The translations under genes and the position numbers were made by a program. From Camelus ferus (lineage: Eukaryota), in assembly GCF_009834535.1 (NCBI RefSeq), contig NC_045697.1, positions 115,260,001 to 115,324,000 of the forward strand: a stretch of 64,000 nt of DNA. Reading direction: 5' to 3'. Under the pieces are notes generated by a model. It made no database searches. It was not told where the DNA came from and was given only the letters and a program-made list of their open reading frames with translations. Every line of letters starts with the position of its first letter. The stretch's first letter is position 1. Shown here one piece after another: positions 61,676 through 64,000 of this stretch.

Positions 61676-63648
61676 CCCAAATTGGCTTCTTTTGTAAAGG
61701 CTGGAAAAAAGATTAATACCTGAGAATCATATAATTTAAAGGTCCTATCTTTTGAAGCAGTTTGAATTTTTAGTTTATATCTTATATAAAAAAATCTTGC
61801 TAATAATTATCATTTCAGAAAATTTAAAATATTCATGTTTTGCTTATATCATCAGGTAAAATCAGTAAATATGAATAATTGTGGAGAAAATGTGTCATTA
61901 TACCACTTTGAATGAACAAAGAAATAATTCTGAAATAATAAAAAAGGACTGACTCCCTGTCACATTTTTAGTGTTCTTCTAGACTTTTTTTAATGTAAAA
62001 ATCTGCAGACACTTCATAAATTAATTACTATAATATATAAGGTATTTCAATGTGGAATTAGGCTATTTGAAATGGGGTTCAATTAGGAGGAGAACATATT
62101 CAATTTAAGTAATGCCAGTTCTAGAAAACTAAAGGTACAAAATCAACTATCCTACGTGCACATCATGGAAGGAAGTATGCTATTTGGAAATAATGATGGT
62201 TACGGAAAGTATAGTATTTGGAAATTATTAGGTTTAGCAAAGAATAGTGGGAGATTATTTGGTGCAACATAGTAAAAAAAAGGCACAAAAATCAAGGCAA
62301 ATTGGTTTACAGTGTTTGGATCTGGTGAATATTTCTACTTCTTGCAAGGAACGTGTGAGTTACAGGTAAGAAAGCACTCATTGATGAGAATATAATGAAA
62401 ACTAAAAGTAATGGGAGCAGTAGAGAAGTTCAGATAATACTTAATCGGGAGAGGAAATAATTGACCTTTTTTAAATCAATCATTAAATTGGTGCTATGTC
62501 TTGAGAAATGGCTTATCTTAGGTATGACAGTCACGTGGCTCTAACAATGGAGATTAGAGGAACATGGGTCCAGGGTTGGGTTGGAACATGGAGATTAAGC
62601 TGGGTCATGACATTGACCCTTGACCAGATGCATTACTCTACTGAGAACACTGTTCTCTTTGTTCAAATGGGATGCACCACTCACAGAAACTGGTTAGTTT
62701 ACTTTGTAATCTTTCTGAATGACCTAATTTTTTTATTTCCTATGTTGTATATCAGAGTTGTCTTAATACTAGCTTATAAACATGATTGACAGTCTTTTAT
62801 CAGTGCTTTTATGAAGTTACTTATCATGAAGCATTAACAAGTTGTTAATAACATTCCACAATTTGCTGCTATTAAAAAAAGCCCAGCATCTTATGAGCAA
62901 AGCTATGTATTAGGGGCCTTCTTATTCACAGACAGAGCATTAATACCTAGCTTGCATGTTGAATTAATAATTTTTATCTTCACCTTGAGAATAACGTCTT
63001 TGCCAAATTTCACAGTGCTTATACATTAAGAATAATTTCAATTATAAATTTAATTTTTTTTTGTTCAGTTATATTGGCCAAAGAAACAGAGTAATATTGT
63101 TAACAATCGCTGTAAATCTGAATATTTTCTTCAACAACCTTGACTTCAAATGTAGTAGCAAAGTAAGGTTCATTTCTTATCCCAGAGCCCAAGGCAAATC
63201 TTAGCTCACCTGACTGATCTTAAGATTAAATCAGTATATCTACTTACAAGCAACACTGCCAGAACATTGATCTGATAATAAATAATGTAGCTTGTACTTG
63301 AAGGCCATGGAAGTTTCCTTCTGCAACATCTGAAAGTACAATTTTCTCAGTCTCCAAGGAAATGTGATAGCCAAATTGCTCAAGTGAAAAAATAGTTACA
63401 ATGGAGGTAAAATAGAACAGGTATTTCACACATCTCATCAATATCTTCTTTAATTCAAGACCTGAGAATACTTTTGCATGATATGTGTAGTCAGTAATTT
63501 TTCTAAATTATAAATATAATAAAAGTACAAGCTACTCCCCAAAATATAATTATGTATTTAGAAATTAAAAACAAAGAACATAATAATAGTGCCCCTTTAC
63601 TGAGCACATACAGTGTGGGTTTCATATACAGTAACTCTTTAATTCTCA

Positions 63649-64000
63649 TATGATAGGCAGAATTCTAAGATAACCATCTATGACTCCTGCCCTTGTACAA
63701 TCCCCTCCTCCTAAGTGACTATGGGACCTATGCATATGATGGACATCTCTCAGGATTGTGTTACATGGATTTTGTAGATGTAATTAAGGTCCCTAATCAG
63801 TTGACTTTGAGTTAATCTAAAGGGAGATTATGCAGATGAGCAAGACCTATTTAACTGAGTCCTTAAAAGAGACAAGCAGTAACATAAATTTTACTGCTGG
63901 GCTATGTGAAAGTAAACAACCCTTGTGAACTGTCTCTAGAGGGTCTAGGCAGCCAGGAGCTGAGGGTGATGTGTAGGAGCTGAGAGTGAACCCCATCTGA
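63649..64000 (+). mobile_element. MLT1 (MLT1E-like MaLR) LTR, running off the window end
   Basis: gataggcagaattctaagat..aatcccctcc..ggattttgtagatgtaattaaggtccctaatcagttgactttgagttaatc. Confidence 0.85.

Noticed and set aside
1..64000. Prokaryote-type systems (CRISPR arrays, operons, defence islands)
   Set aside because: The sequence is mammalian repeat-rich DNA, with no regularly spaced repeat-spacer array or gene-dense coding region.

Overview
This is AT-rich mammalian non-coding DNA, most likely camelid (alpaca, llama or camel). That inference rests on two tRNA-Ala-derived vic-1-like SINEs and cetartiodactyl-type L1 3' ends. I recognise no intact host protein-coding gene; the listed ORFs are transposon remnants or chance frames. 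Most of the window is interspersed repeats: young and old L1, HAL1, L2, MIR, MaLR/MLT2 LTRs, ERV1 solo LTRs, a degenerate two-LTR ERV-L provirus (about 23.0-27.9 kb), an env relic with nested insertions (about 54.8-57.2 kb) and DNA-transposon MITEs. There is a 100-N assembly gap at 15964-16063. The most notable non-repeat signal is an almost repeat-free island at about 45-50 kb. It retains CpGs, carries a promoter-like motif cluster, and has a candidate minus-strand GT-AG intron that joins two open frames into about 90 codons; this is a hypothesis only. Repeat family names come from recalled consensus sequences, not a database search, and boundaries without target-site duplications (TSDs) are approximate.
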